The position numbers and the translations under genes were made by a program. Shown one piece after another: positions 17,449 through 27,129 of a stretch of 64,000 nt of DNA. The stretch is from Gemmatimonadaceae bacterium. GTDB lineage: Bacteria; Gemmatimonadota; Gemmatimonadetes; Gemmatimonadales; Gemmatimonadaceae. The stretch spans positions 88,098 to 152,097 of the forward strand of contig JBOHTC010000236.1 in the NCBI GenBank assembly GCA_050733495.1. The letters are read 5' to 3'. Position 1 is the first letter of the stretch; the number at the start of each line of letters is the position of its first letter. The notes below the pieces were generated by a model, which was not told the DNA's origin, ran no database searches, and saw nothing but the letters and a program-made list of their open reading frames with translations.

Positions 17449-20214
17449 ATGAGCTTCACTAAACGCTCCGCCGGTCTGGCGACGATACCCGTCTATGGAA
17501 CCGTCCTTACCGCCCTCGTGCTGAGCGCCGGCTCGGCCGCAAACGCACAGAGCACCGCCGTTTCCGCCTCGTTGCCGGTTGCAAGAGCTGTCGCCGCGAA
17601 TGAGGCAATCACGATCGATGGACGACTCGACGAAAGCGCCTGGGCGAAGGCGACACCGGTCACCGATCTGCACCAACAACGCCCCAACGAAGGCGCGCCG
17701 CCCAGCCAGCGTACGGAAATTCGGGTGCTCTATGACGCCCGGGCTCTCTACATCGGCGCGCGCATGTACGACTCTCTCGGCGCTCGCGGCATCCGGGCTC
17801 CACTCGCGCGACGAGACCAGCTGCTCGACGCAAACGGAAACAACGGGTCGTTCAATTCGCTCACCACCGACAAGCTGATCGTGATGCTCGACCCCTATCA
17901 CAACCACATTGACGAGGCATGGTTCGAGGTCAATCCGATGGGTGTGAAAGGAGATCAATTCAACGGTGACCCGTCGTGGGACCCGATCTGGGAAGCAGCT
18001 GCTCACGTCGATTCGCTCGGCTGGACAGCGGAGATGCGGATCCCCTACTCGCAGCTGCGTTTTTCGCGCGACAGTCTGCAGACCTGGGGTATGCAGATCT
18101 GGCGTTACACGGACAGACTAAACGAGCAGGACATGTGGTCGTTTCGGCGTCTTAGTGAAGCCGGCGGCCCAATGTATTTCGGATCTCTCACTGGTCTCGA
18201 GATCGAGCACCAGCCCCGGCAGCTGGAGATCCTGCCGTACGTAGAATCGCGCGAGCAGTACAAGTACGCGCTTCCCAGCGATCCCTACCACAACAACAGC
18301 TACGGCCGAGTGAGCGCCGGCGCCGATATGAAGTACTTGTTGACGTCGAACCTGGCGCTCGATGCGACGATCAATCCGGACTTCGGGCAGGTCGAGGTCG
18401 ACCCAGCCACGATCAATCTCTCGGCGTACGAGACTTACTACGCCGAGAAGCGGCCGTTCTTCGTCGCCGGCAGCAGCGCGTTCTCCTTCGGGAATTTCAG
18501 CTGCAACTTCTGCAGCAATACTTCGAGCCTCGATGTTTTCTACTCGCGGCGCATTGGACGCCCGCCGCAGCTCAATCCGTACGTTGGGAGTGTCGCGGAA
18601 TTCGCGGACACACCGGACAACACCACGATCCTCGGCGCCGCGAAAGTAACGGGCCGCACGAAGGCAGGCTATACAGTCGGACTTCTGGACGCGCTCACCA
18701 ATAGCGAGACAGCGCGCTACCTGCCTGGCCCGGGTTCTCCCGAGGAGACGCAGGAAGTGGAGCCGCTGACGAATTATTTCGTGGGCCGAGTGAAGAAGGA
18801 TCTGAACGGGGGCGCGACGACGATCGGCGGAGCTTTCACGTCAGCGCTGCGACGGATGGACGACACGGTGGTTTCCGATAGGCTCCGCCTCAACGCGGAG
18901 GCGGTCGGGGTTGACTTCGATCATAGCTGGCACCAGCGGGAGTACGGCTGGATTGGATCGATCGTCGCGTCCGACGTGGGTGGGACATCGCCTTCGATCG
19001 ACCTGACGGAGCAGTCGAGCGCGCACTACTTCCAGCGCCCAGACCGCCGCGTGACGACAGACGGAATTTTCAACGCGAAGTACGACCCGAACGCGACATC
19101 GCTGCAGGGCTACGGCTTCTACACGCGTATTGCCAAGAATACTGGAGACTGGTTCTGGGAGACCGCGCAGAACTGGCGCAGCCCCGGCTTCGAGGTAAAT
19201 GACCTGTCGTTTCTGGACCGTGCGGACTACAAATGGATGAACGCGAATATCGGACGGCAGTGGAGCACTCCCGCGCATTGGTTCCGCAACGCTGTGATTC
19301 TGGGAGGTGGGCAACAGCAGCTCAATTACGATGGGGATAAAACAGACGCGCAGTCGCAGCTTTACTTCGGAAACGAGTTTCGCAACTACTGGAACCTGCG
19401 GAGCTTTGTCATTCATCGTCCCGCCGAGCTTGATGACCGTCTCACACGCGGCGGGCCGGTCGTCATGCGGACGGGCTACAATTTCGGCGAGGCGGAGATA
19501 TCTACTGATGCACGGCAGCGCGCTGTCTTCGATTTCGCCGTGCAGGTGGCAAAGGGAATCCAAGCCGACACCCACACGCTGATCCTGACGCCGGGTGTTG
19601 CGCTCAAGCCTTCGACGAATGTCTTCATCAGTCTGTCGCCGAACTACGACGTGGACGAGGATGTAGCGCAGTACGTGGACGCGGTTAGCGATCCGACGGC
19701 AACGTCGTTTTACGGGACTCGCTACGTCTTCGCGTTCATCAAGACGCACACGTTGTCACTCGACACCCGAGTGAACTGGACGTTCACGCCGAACCTGACC
19801 CTGCAGCTTTATGCGCAGCCTTTCATCGCGAGCGGAGCGTACTCTTCGTTCCGCGAGTTCGCGGCACCGAGAACGGTTCAGAAGCTTGTGTATGGGCAGG
19901 ACATTGGAACGATCGTGCGTACGCCGGCAACACCTACCACAAGTGCGACATACACAGTCGATCCCGACGGTGCCGGCCCTGCCGCGCAGTTCAGTTTCCC
20001 GGATCCCGATTTCACTTTCCGGTCTCTGATCGGGAATGCAGTGCTGCGGTGGGAGTACCGTCCGGGATCTACGGTCTTCTTCGTGTGGACCCAGGACCGT
20101 ACGGGCAGCGATTCGAACGGTCAATTCGACTTCACGCAGCAGCGGCGGGAAATATTCCGCGACCGGCCAACGAACGTGTTCCAGATCAAGGTCAACTACT
20201 GGCTGGGCAGATGA
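17449..20214 (+). CDS. DUF5916 protein (N-terminal CBM9-like domain plus outer-membrane beta-barrel)
   Basis: Signal peptide; IDGRLDESAW, WTAEMRIPYSQLRF, DATINPDFGQVEVDPA, EKRPFF; ends KVNYWLGR. Confidence 0.85.
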   Translation: MSFTKRSAGLATIPVYGTVLTALVLSAGSAANAQSTAVSASLPVARAVAANEAITIDGRLDESAWAKATPVTDLHQQRPNEGAPPSQRTEIRVLYDARALYIGARMYDSLGARGIRAPLARRDQLLDANGNNGSFNSLTTDKLIVMLDPYHNHIDEAWFEVNPMGVKGDQFNGDPSWDPIWEAAAHVDSLGWTAEMRIPYSQLRFSRDSLQTWGMQIWRYTDRLNEQDMWSFRRLSEAGGPMYFGSLTGLEIEHQPRQLEILPYVESREQYKYALPSDPYHNNSYGRVSAGADMKYLLTSNLALDATINPDFGQVEVDPATINLSAYETYYAEKRPFFVAGSSAFSFGNFSCNFCSNTSSLDVFYSRRIGRPPQLNPYVGSVAEFADTPDNTTILGAAKVTGRTKAGYTVGLLDALTNSETARYLPGPGSPEETQEVEPLTNYFVGRVKKDLNGGATTIGGAFTSALRRMDDTVVSDRLRLNAEAVGVDFDHSWHQREYGWIGSIVASDVGGTSPSIDLTEQSSAHYFQRPDRRVTTDGIFNAKYDPNATSLQGYGFYTRIAKNTGDWFWETAQNWRSPGFEVNDLSFLDRADYKWMNANIGRQWSTPAHWFRNAVILGGGQQQLNYDGDKTDAQSQLYFGNEFRNYWNLRSFVIHRPAELDDRLTRGGPVVMRTGYNFGEAEISTDARQRAVFDFAVQVAKGIQADTHTLILTPGVALKPSTNVFISLSPNYDVDEDVAQYVDAVSDPTATSFYGTRYVFAFIKTHTLSLDTRVNWTFTPNLTLQLYAQPFIASGAYSSFREFAAPRTVQKLVYGQDIGTIVRTPATPTTSATYTVDPDGAGPAAQFSFPDPDFTFRSLIGNAVLRWEYRPGSTVFFVWTQDRTGSDSNGQFDFTQQRREIFRDRPTNVFQIKVNYWLGR

Positions 20215-20357
20215 CGGGCGTGCGATTCGGGCACCTCTTGTAGATCGGGAGCGGGATTCCGAACTTTCGGGGCGCTGTTGCCCACACGATTCCCACCAAA
20301 TGTGGCCGTCCCGAAAATCGTAATCGCTTCGAGAAGTAGATGGGTGGAGCGGCATAA

Positions 20358-21041
20358 CTGCTGACGCTCGTCGGTGTCCTCATCGTCGTAGTCGGATTTG
20401 TCCTCAGGATCAATCCGCTCCTCGTCGTCACGGTTGCTGGTCTTGCCACTGGCATGGCGGGCGGTCTCAATCCGCTTGCCGTCATTGCAGCGTTCGGCAA
20501 AGCATTCATCACCAGCCGTTATGTCGCGATAGTCTGGCTCGTTCTGCCAGTGATCGGTCTCCTCGAGCATGCCGGCCTCAAGGAGCGCGCGCGGTCTCTC
20601 GTTGGCGGACTCCGAGGTGCGACCACTTCGCGGATTCTGCTCGCGTATTTCGCTATCAGACAGCTCACCGCTGCCTTGGGGCTGACGTCCCTGGGCGGAC
20701 ACGCGCAAATGGTGAGGCCGCTCATCGCCCCGATGGCGGAAGGTGCCGCTGAGAACCGTTATGGTGAGCTCACAGAGGAAGTACGGAATCGAATACGAGC
20801 AAATGCCGCAGCGGTTGACAACATCGCGGTCTTTTTCGGCGAAGACATCTTCATCGCTATCGGGTCAATACTCCTCATCAAAGCATTCCTGGACCAGAAC
20901 GGCATCCACGTCGAGCCAACTCAGCTCGCGATCTGGGCGATACCGACTGCTCTATGCGCGCTCGTGATACACTGCACCCGACTTGTCCTCCTCGAGAGAT
21001 CTTTGCGCGCCCGACTCGCTGCCGACCGCCGGGAAAAGTGA
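20358..21041 (+). CDS. DUF969 family membrane protein (putative 5-oxoproline transporter subunit)
   Basis: LLTLVGVLIVVVGFVLRINPLLVV...LPVIGLLE...LGGHAQMVRPLIAPM...FFGEDIFIA. The N-terminal TM lies upstream of the tracked ATG; likely CTG start with GGAG RBS. Confidence 0.85.
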   Translation: MLTLVGVLIVVVGFVLRINPLLVVTVAGLATGMAGGLNPLAVIAAFGKAFITSRYVAIVWLVLPVIGLLEHAGLKERARSLVGGLRGATTSRILLAYFAIRQLTAALGLTSLGGHAQMVRPLIAPMAEGAAENRYGELTEEVRNRIRANAAAVDNIAVFFGEDIFIAIGSILLIKAFLDQNGIHVEPTQLAIWAIPTALCALVIHCTRLVLLERSLRARLAADRREK

Positions 21042-21994
21042 TTACCCTCGAACACATCTACTGGTTGAGCGGGGTGATGATGGCGGGCGTCGCCATCGTC
21101 AACCTTACAGACCGAAGCAATCCCCGCTGGTTCAACAACACTGCGTTCTGGGGGATATACGCGGTGACTTTTCTCGTCGGCACGCACCTTCCCGATCTCC
21201 TAAATGGATTTCTCGTGATCGCGATGGTTCTCTTCGCCAGTATCCGTGGACTCGGCCAGAGCCAGAAGGAAAGCGCGAGCCGAGAAGAGCGTGAGGCGAG
21301 CGCGAAACGCTGGGGCAATAAGCTCTTCATCCCTGCACTCACGATTCCGTTAGTGACGGTGCTCGGCACGCTTCTATTCAAAAAGATCACCTATCATGGC
21401 GTCTCATTGGTCGACGTCAGTCAGGTGACTGTGATCTCACTGGGAATCGCGACTCTGATTGCGCTAGGCGTGGGAATGGCGATGCTCAGACCACCAGCAC
21501 TCGCGCCGATCAGGGAAGCCAGGCGGTTGCTCGATGCCGTGGGTTGGGCCGCCGTGCTACCACAGATGCTCGCCGCGCTCGGCGCGCTGTTCGCCATCGC
21601 GGGAGTGGGTACGGTCGTGAGCGGGCTGGCGCACCGCTGGATTCCTCTCGATAATCCCTCCGTCGTAGTGCTGACGTATACGATTGGCATGGCGATCTTC
21701 ACGATGATCATGGGGAATGCATTTGCAGCGTTCCCGGTGATGACGGCTGGAATAGGACTGCCGTTGATCGTACAGCGATTCGGCGGGGATCCTACGGTTA
21801 TGGCGGCGATTGGAATGCTGTCCGGGTTTTGCGGAACGCTGATGACGCCAATGGCTGCAAACTTTAATATCGTTCCAGCCGCGCTCCTCGAGCTGCCCGA
21901 CGAGAACGCAGTCATCAAGGTTCAGATTCCGACTGCGCTGGCGTTGCTGACCGCCAACATCCTGCTGATGAACTTTCTGGTATTTCGTCGTTGA
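21038..21994 (+). CDS. DUF979 family membrane protein
   Basis: LPQMLAALG, MIMGNAFAAFPVMTAGIG, GFCGTLMTPMAANFNIVPAALLEL; GTGA overlap with DUF969. Confidence 0.9.
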   Translation: MITLEHIYWLSGVMMAGVAIVNLTDRSNPRWFNNTAFWGIYAVTFLVGTHLPDLLNGFLVIAMVLFASIRGLGQSQKESASREEREASAKRWGNKLFIPALTIPLVTVLGTLLFKKITYHGVSLVDVSQVTVISLGIATLIALGVGMAMLRPPALAPIREARRLLDAVGWAAVLPQMLAALGALFAIAGVGTVVSGLAHRWIPLDNPSVVVLTYTIGMAIFTMIMGNAFAAFPVMTAGIGLPLIVQRFGGDPTVMAAIGMLSGFCGTLMTPMAANFNIVPAALLELPDENAVIKVQIPTALALLTANILLMNFLVFRR

Positions 21995-23007
21995 GCCAGG
22001 AACAGCTCGCGCTCGACCCGCAAATCGCCTCCGGCTTTGCGAGGGTCGCGCTCTCGCACATCACGCGCGAGTACCCGAACCTTCTCCATCACTTTTTGAC
22101 GAGTGCGACGGATCTGCGACCGCCGCGCAAGCTTCATCCGGTTTTCTTCGGCAGCCTGGACTGGCACTCCTGCGTTCACGGTTATTGGCTACTCGCAACT
22201 GTTCTTCGTCTCTATCCGGAAATCGACGAGACAGCGAGAATCCGTGATCTGTTCGACGATCAACTGACAGCGACGAAGGTTCGGGGAGAGCTCGAGTATC
22301 TGTCGCACCCGTGGACCAACACCTTCGAGCGTCCATACGGATGGGCGTGGCTTCTCATGCTTTCCGCCGAGCTCAATCGCCACGACACGAGAGATGGGAA
22401 GCGCTGGAATGCGGCGCTGGCGCCGATGACCGCCGCGTTCGTCGACCGCTTTCTCGGGTTTCTTCCGAAGGTCACATACGCCACCCGGGTCGGAACGCAC
22501 TTCAACAGCGCCTTTGCCCTCACTCTTGCCCTCGAGTACTCAGAAGTTGCCGGCAACGGTGCTCTTCGGAAGACGGTGATCGGTAAAGCGGTCGAGTGGT
22601 ACACCGGTGACAAAGATTGCCAGGCGTGGGAGCCGGCCGGCGATGATTTTCTGTCGTCTGCACTAATGGAAGCTGAGTGCATGCGGAGAGTATTGAGCGG
22701 GAAAGAATTCGAGAAGTGGTTCGATTCCTTCCTGCCGCGCATCGTAGAGCGCGAGCCAGCGACGCTTTTCCAGCCGGCGACGGTGAGTGACAGGAGCGAT
22801 GGAAAAATCGCGCACCTCGACGGCTTGAACCTGAGTCGGGCATGGTGCTGGCGTTCGCTCGCGACGTCGCTGCCTGATTCCGACCGACGCCGCGAGATCG
22901 CGCTCGACGCAGCACGGACGCATCTCGCGGCAAGTCTTCCGCACGTCACCGGCGATTACATGGGCGAACACTGGCTGGCGACCTTCGCCCTCCTCGCACT
23001 TCTCTGA
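21991..23007 (+). CDS. DUF2891 family protein
   Basis: HPVFFGSLDWHSCVHGYW, FERPYGWAW, HLDGLNLSRAW, DYMGEHWLATFA. Confidence 0.9.
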   Translation: MSQEQLALDPQIASGFARVALSHITREYPNLLHHFLTSATDLRPPRKLHPVFFGSLDWHSCVHGYWLLATVLRLYPEIDETARIRDLFDDQLTATKVRGELEYLSHPWTNTFERPYGWAWLLMLSAELNRHDTRDGKRWNAALAPMTAAFVDRFLGFLPKVTYATRVGTHFNSAFALTLALEYSEVAGNGALRKTVIGKAVEWYTGDKDCQAWEPAGDDFLSSALMEAECMRRVLSGKEFEKWFDSFLPRIVEREPATLFQPATVSDRSDGKIAHLDGLNLSRAWCWRSLATSLPDSDRRREIALDAARTHLAASLPHVTGDYMGEHWLATFALLALL

Positions 23008-23016
23008 GCGGCCTCG

Positions 23017-23517
23017 TTGACTGATCAAACTCCGTCGCCCGTGGGCTCGGCAAGCACAGACGCAACAAGGCGCCTGGCTCTCAGCGCGCTCTTCCTCGGC
23101 ATTCTGGCCATCGCGATTGGCTACGCTGCCGCGTTCAGCCCGAGTGGTACTCCGACCTGGGCTTCGTGGCTTCTTGCCCTCGGAATTCCAACCGCCCTCG
23201 GCGGTATCATGGTTCTTGGCGCAACTCGAGGGCACCGCGGAATTGGGCCGCTCAAAATTCCTTTCCTGTTCGTGGTTGTAACACTCGCGGCTGGATTCTG
23301 CGCCGCGTTGGCCCTTCCCTCGGCTGAGAGTGCGCAGAGCCATCTCTGGCTCGGTTTGCCGATCAGAGCTGCACTCGTGATATATGGAATCGGACTCCTA
23401 CCTATAGTAGTGCTTCCCGTCGCCTACGCTTTGACCTTTAAGAGCCAGACGCTGACCGCCGAGGACGTCGAGCGTGTTCGAGAGCTCGGTCGCCAGTACC
23501 GCGCGGTCGACGAGTGA
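23017..23517 (+). CDS. Hypothetical four-TM membrane protein, possible SSS partner
   Basis: Four hydrophobic segments; GTGA overlap with the symporter. Confidence 0.7.
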   Translation: MTDQTPSPVGSASTDATRRLALSALFLGILAIAIGYAAAFSPSGTPTWASWLLALGIPTALGGIMVLGATRGHRGIGPLKIPFLFVVVTLAAGFCAALALPSAESAQSHLWLGLPIRAALVIYGIGLLPIVVLPVAYALTFKSQTLTAEDVERVRELGRQYRAVDE

Positions 23518-25034
23518 CGGGGATTCTGTCTTGTTGCGCGCTGGTCCAGGTCGCGCTGCCGAGCGCGGCACAGCCGGCTGTCGTTACAGTCGGCGTGTTC
23601 TATTTCGCGGTGATAATCGCGATCAGTATCTGGGCTGCGCGCCGAACGAGAACCGCGAGCGATTTTTTCGTCGCGGGCAAGGGCATCGGCCTCGTCGCTC
23701 TGACCGTTGCGTCGGTCTCGGTGTCGGTATCAGGGTTCGCGTTCATCGGTGGACCGGGGCTTATCTATGCTGTCGGGCTTGGCGCCATGTACATCGTACT
23801 GCCGGCTGCGGTAACGAATGTCATGGGTGCGTGGATCCTCGCCAAGCGAATGAGGCTCCTCGGTGAGGCACGCAATCTCATCACCATTCCCGATGCGATT
23901 GGGGCCCGTTACAAGTCACGCGCCGCACAAGGACTCGCGGCGATCGCGATTCTCGTTGGAATCATCGGATACATGGCCACCAACGCGCTCGCGATGGGTG
24001 TGGTGATCGATTCGATCTTCGGCGTCGGTCTGGGTTGGGGGATCTGGATCGGCATGGGCGTGACGCTCGCTTATTCCGCGTCGGGCGGTATCCTGGCCGG
24101 CATCTACAACGATGTTTTTCAGGGGATTCTCATGGCCTTCGCATCGGTCCTCGTTTTCCTGTTCGTACTCGGTTACGGTGGTGGACTCGGCGCGATCTCG
24201 CACACGATTCTCGCGCATGACCCTCAGTTTCTCGGACCGTGGGGCAGACTGACTCCTCTCGCTGCGCTCTCTTTCTTCTTCGTATTCTCGATGGGGTCGC
24301 TCGGCCAGCCGCAAGCGGTGCACAAGTACTACATGCTCCGCGACCCGCTGCAGCTCAAATGGTACCCGTTGCTGAAGACGCTCGGGTTGGTGCTCGTGCT
24401 CCTGCTTTATTTCAGCGTCGGCATCGGCGTGAAAGCGTTCGTCCTCGATGGGCGTCTCGCGCCACTCACGAGCCCTGACCAGGCGACTCCGGCCCTACTT
24501 CTCAACGTCACGCCGATAATTCTCGCCGCCCTCGTGTTCTCGGGCGTCGCAGCGGCGACTATGAGCGCGGCAAACTCTTTCATCAACATCGGCTCAGCTA
24601 TCGTGACCCACGATTTGCCGATCGCGTTCGGACGACGAGTGCGGAATGAGCTGGGCTGGGGGCGTGCCGTGACGGTACTGATCGCCGTTGCAGCCGCTAT
24701 TACTGCACAGCGCTCAGGCGCTACCGTCGCCTTCCTTGGAATTTTCGGATGGGGCCTTTTTTCTTCGACGCTCGTTCCAGCCCTCGCCGTCGGACTGAAC
24801 TGGGAGGGAGCGACGTGCGCCGGAGCGATGGCGTCGATCGCAACGGGTCTGTTCCTAACCCTTGCGCTGGAATCCGCGTCGTATGCAAAGGTGTTCACGT
24901 TTCCAGCTGGAGTTACCGCTTCTGCAGTCGCGATGGTCGCATCGTTCATCGTGTTTTTTGTCGTGTCGTTCCTGACTCGCCGCTCAGCAGCGGCTCAGCT
25001 CGACTCCGACGTCAGGCTCGTCATGGATCTCTGA
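23514..25034 (+). CDS. Sodium:solute symporter (SSS/PutP family)
   Basis: SDFFVAGKG, SGFAFIGGPG, ITIPDAIGARY, YSASGGILAGIYNDVFQG, AAATMSAANS. Confidence 0.9.
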   Translation: MTGILSCCALVQVALPSAAQPAVVTVGVFYFAVIIAISIWAARRTRTASDFFVAGKGIGLVALTVASVSVSVSGFAFIGGPGLIYAVGLGAMYIVLPAAVTNVMGAWILAKRMRLLGEARNLITIPDAIGARYKSRAAQGLAAIAILVGIIGYMATNALAMGVVIDSIFGVGLGWGIWIGMGVTLAYSASGGILAGIYNDVFQGILMAFASVLVFLFVLGYGGGLGAISHTILAHDPQFLGPWGRLTPLAALSFFFVFSMGSLGQPQAVHKYYMLRDPLQLKWYPLLKTLGLVLVLLLYFSVGIGVKAFVLDGRLAPLTSPDQATPALLLNVTPIILAALVFSGVAAATMSAANSFINIGSAIVTHDLPIAFGRRVRNELGWGRAVTVLIAVAAAITAQRSGATVAFLGIFGWGLFSSTLVPALAVGLNWEGATCAGAMASIATGLFLTLALESASYAKVFTFPAGVTASAVAMVASFIVFFVVSFLTRRSAAAQLDSDVRLVMDL

Positions 25035-25044
25035 CGGGCCAATA

Positions 25045-26442
25045 TCACTCGGTCGCGGACTTTTTCTTGGCTTTCGCTTCGACGACGCGCACGCTCTTGA
25101 TGTTCACGAACTCGTGGATCCCGAATTCCCCGAGCTCCCGACCGAATCCCGAATTCTTGACGCCGCCAAATGGCAGACGCGCATCCGACGCCACCATACC
25201 ATTGATAAAGAGAAGTCCCGATTCGATTTCCTTTACGAATCGATCGCGCTCCGCGGCATCGCGAGTCCAAGCTGATGCCCCGAGTCCAAAGGTCGTACCG
25301 TTGGCGATCGCGATGGCGGCTGTAAGGTCCTTCGCCTTGAAGACGGCTGCCACCGGACCGAATAATTCTTCGCGAGCGGCGGGAGCGTCGGGCGGAATAT
25401 CCGTCAGAACGGTTGGAGCGTAGAAAAAACCTTTGCGCTGGATTTTGTTCCCGCCGGTCCGAACCCGAGTACCCAACGCGACTGATGCCTTGACCTGTTT
25501 GTCGAGATCGTCGCGAATCCCACTCGTTGCGAGCGGGCCGAGCTGTGTCTTCTCGTCCATTGGGTCGCCGATACGGATGGACGACACGCCAGCGACGAAC
25601 TTATCGAGGAACGCGTCGTAAATCTGCTCGTGAACGATGAAGCGCTTGGCCGCAATGCAGGACTGGCCGTTGTTGATCATGCGTGCAGTCACCGCGGTTG
25701 ATACTGCCTGCTCGAGATGAGCGCTCGGCATGACTATGAACGGGTCACTGCCACCCAGCTCGACGACGCTTTTCTTGAGATTTCTTCCGGCAGCACCCGC
25801 GACGGATCTGCCGGCGCCTTCGCTGCCGGTGAGAGTCACGGCGGCGATGCGAGAATCTCCGATGATGCCCTCCACCATCTCCGATCCGATCAGAAGTGTT
25901 TGAAACGTTCCTTCGACGAAGCCAGCGCGCCGCAGAACGTCTTCAATCGCAAGAGCGCACTGCGGGACATTCGAGGCGTGCTTAAGAATGCCGACATTGC
26001 CAGCCATCAAGGCAGGCGCCGCAAATCTGAAGACCTGCCAGAATGGGAAATTCCATGGCATGATTGCCAGCACGACGCCGAGCGGCTGAAATGCGACCCA
26101 GCTCTTGCCGCCCTCCATTTGCACTGGCTGGTCTGCCAGAAATCTCTCCGCGTTATCAGCGTAATAGCGGCACCCGGTCGCGCACTTTTCCGCTTCGGCG
26201 ATCGCGGCGCCGATGGGCTTCCCCATCTCGATCGTCATCAGGCGTCCGAGCTCCCGGCACTCGGCGTCGAGAATCTCGGCTGCCTTTCGCATGCATGTGG
26301 CGCGCTGCGCGAATGACGTTCGACGGTGACGCTGAAACGCCATCACAGCGCGATCCAGACACTCGCTGACCCTCGTCGATGGGAACGGCTCGAAAGTGCG
26401 AACTGTCTCTTCTGTGGCCGGATTAATCGTTGCGATCGTCAT
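25045..26442 (-). CDS. NAD(P)-dependent succinate-semialdehyde dehydrogenase-like aldehyde dehydrogenase
   Basis: IMPWNFPFWQ, LKHAS, ELGGSDP, NNGQSCIAAKR, EELFGPV, PFGGVKNSGFGRE. Confidence 0.9.
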   Translation of the reverse strand: MTIATINPATEETVRTFEPFPSTRVSECLDRAVMAFQRHRRTSFAQRATCMRKAAEILDAECRELGRLMTIEMGKPIGAAIAEAEKCATGCRYYADNAERFLADQPVQMEGGKSWVAFQPLGVVLAIMPWNFPFWQVFRFAAPALMAGNVGILKHASNVPQCALAIEDVLRRAGFVEGTFQTLLIGSEMVEGIIGDSRIAAVTLTGSEGAGRSVAGAAGRNLKKSVVELGGSDPFIVMPSAHLEQAVSTAVTARMINNGQSCIAAKRFIVHEQIYDAFLDKFVAGVSSIRIGDPMDEKTQLGPLATSGIRDDLDKQVKASVALGTRVRTGGNKIQRKGFFYAPTVLTDIPPDAPAAREELFGPVAAVFKAKDLTAAIAIANGTTFGLGASAWTRDAAERDRFVKEIESGLLFINGMVASDARLPFGGVKNSGFGRELGEFGIHEFVNIKSVRVVEAKAKKKSATE

Positions 26443-26755
26443 GTCGCCATCTCGCTCGGCTCAAATCGCGCTTGGCGATTCGGAGTGTCGGTTTCTTTGG
26501 ATCCGTCAAATCCATATTCTTCCAGGGAACTTCGTACAGTGAATAGATGTGTCGCGCATGCAGCACGTGCTTGATAGGTCGTACCAAGGTCCATGCCGAC
26601 AGCCGCTGGATAACAGCCGACGCACCGATGAGGTATGCATCCACGAGTAGTGCGTCGGTCGTCCGGTCGACGCGGATCTCCTCAATTCGGCCGACGTGCT
26701 CGCCGTCGACGTCGCGGACCTTCGTTCCAAGAAGCCGCTCGACGTTAATCTGCAT
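26423..26755 (-). CDS. PRC-barrel-like small protein
   Basis: LLGTKVRDVDGEHVGRIEEI...VPWKNM pattern. Start at the ATG of MQINVE. Confidence 0.7.
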   Translation of the reverse strand: MQINVERLLGTKVRDVDGEHVGRIEEIRVDRTTDALLVDAYLIGASAVIQRLSAWTLVRPIKHVLHARHIYSLYEVPWKNMDLTDPKKPTLRIAKRDLSRARWRHDDRND

Positions 26756-27128
26756 CGTCGATCTCGTCGTGGCCCGAGCCTGGGATGCGCTCGATGATGT
26801 GACGCGCGATCCACACCTCCCAGTCGACCGCGCCTGTTTCCTTCGCCTCAACATCGACCCTGATGTCCTTGCCGGCCGTCTTGACGCGGGACCAGGGAAT
26901 GCGAACAGGTTCTTTTCGCCTGGGTCCTGTCGCGCGCGCAATCCTTCTTGCGAGCCGCTCGAAGAATGGATGTAGCCGAGCGCCCAGCGTGGAACCGCCG
27001 ATCTCGATGTGGGTGATTCGAGGCTGCGATCGCTCACCGAGCTGCATCACAAGGCCGTCGACTCTCCCCATTTTTTCGTCATCCTTGTCCATCAACTTCT
27101 TGTCGAGCACGTCTCGCACCAGATGCAA
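26745..27128 (-). CDS. PRC-barrel-like small protein
   Basis: VLDKKLMDKDDEKMGRVDGLV...RIPWSRV pattern. Confidence 0.7.
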   Translation of the reverse strand: MHLVRDVLDKKLMDKDDEKMGRVDGLVMQLGERSQPRITHIEIGGSTLGARLHPFFERLARRIARATGPRRKEPVRIPWSRVKTAGKDIRVDVEAKETGAVDWEVWIARHIIERIPGSGHDEIDDAD

Positions 27129-27129
27129 T

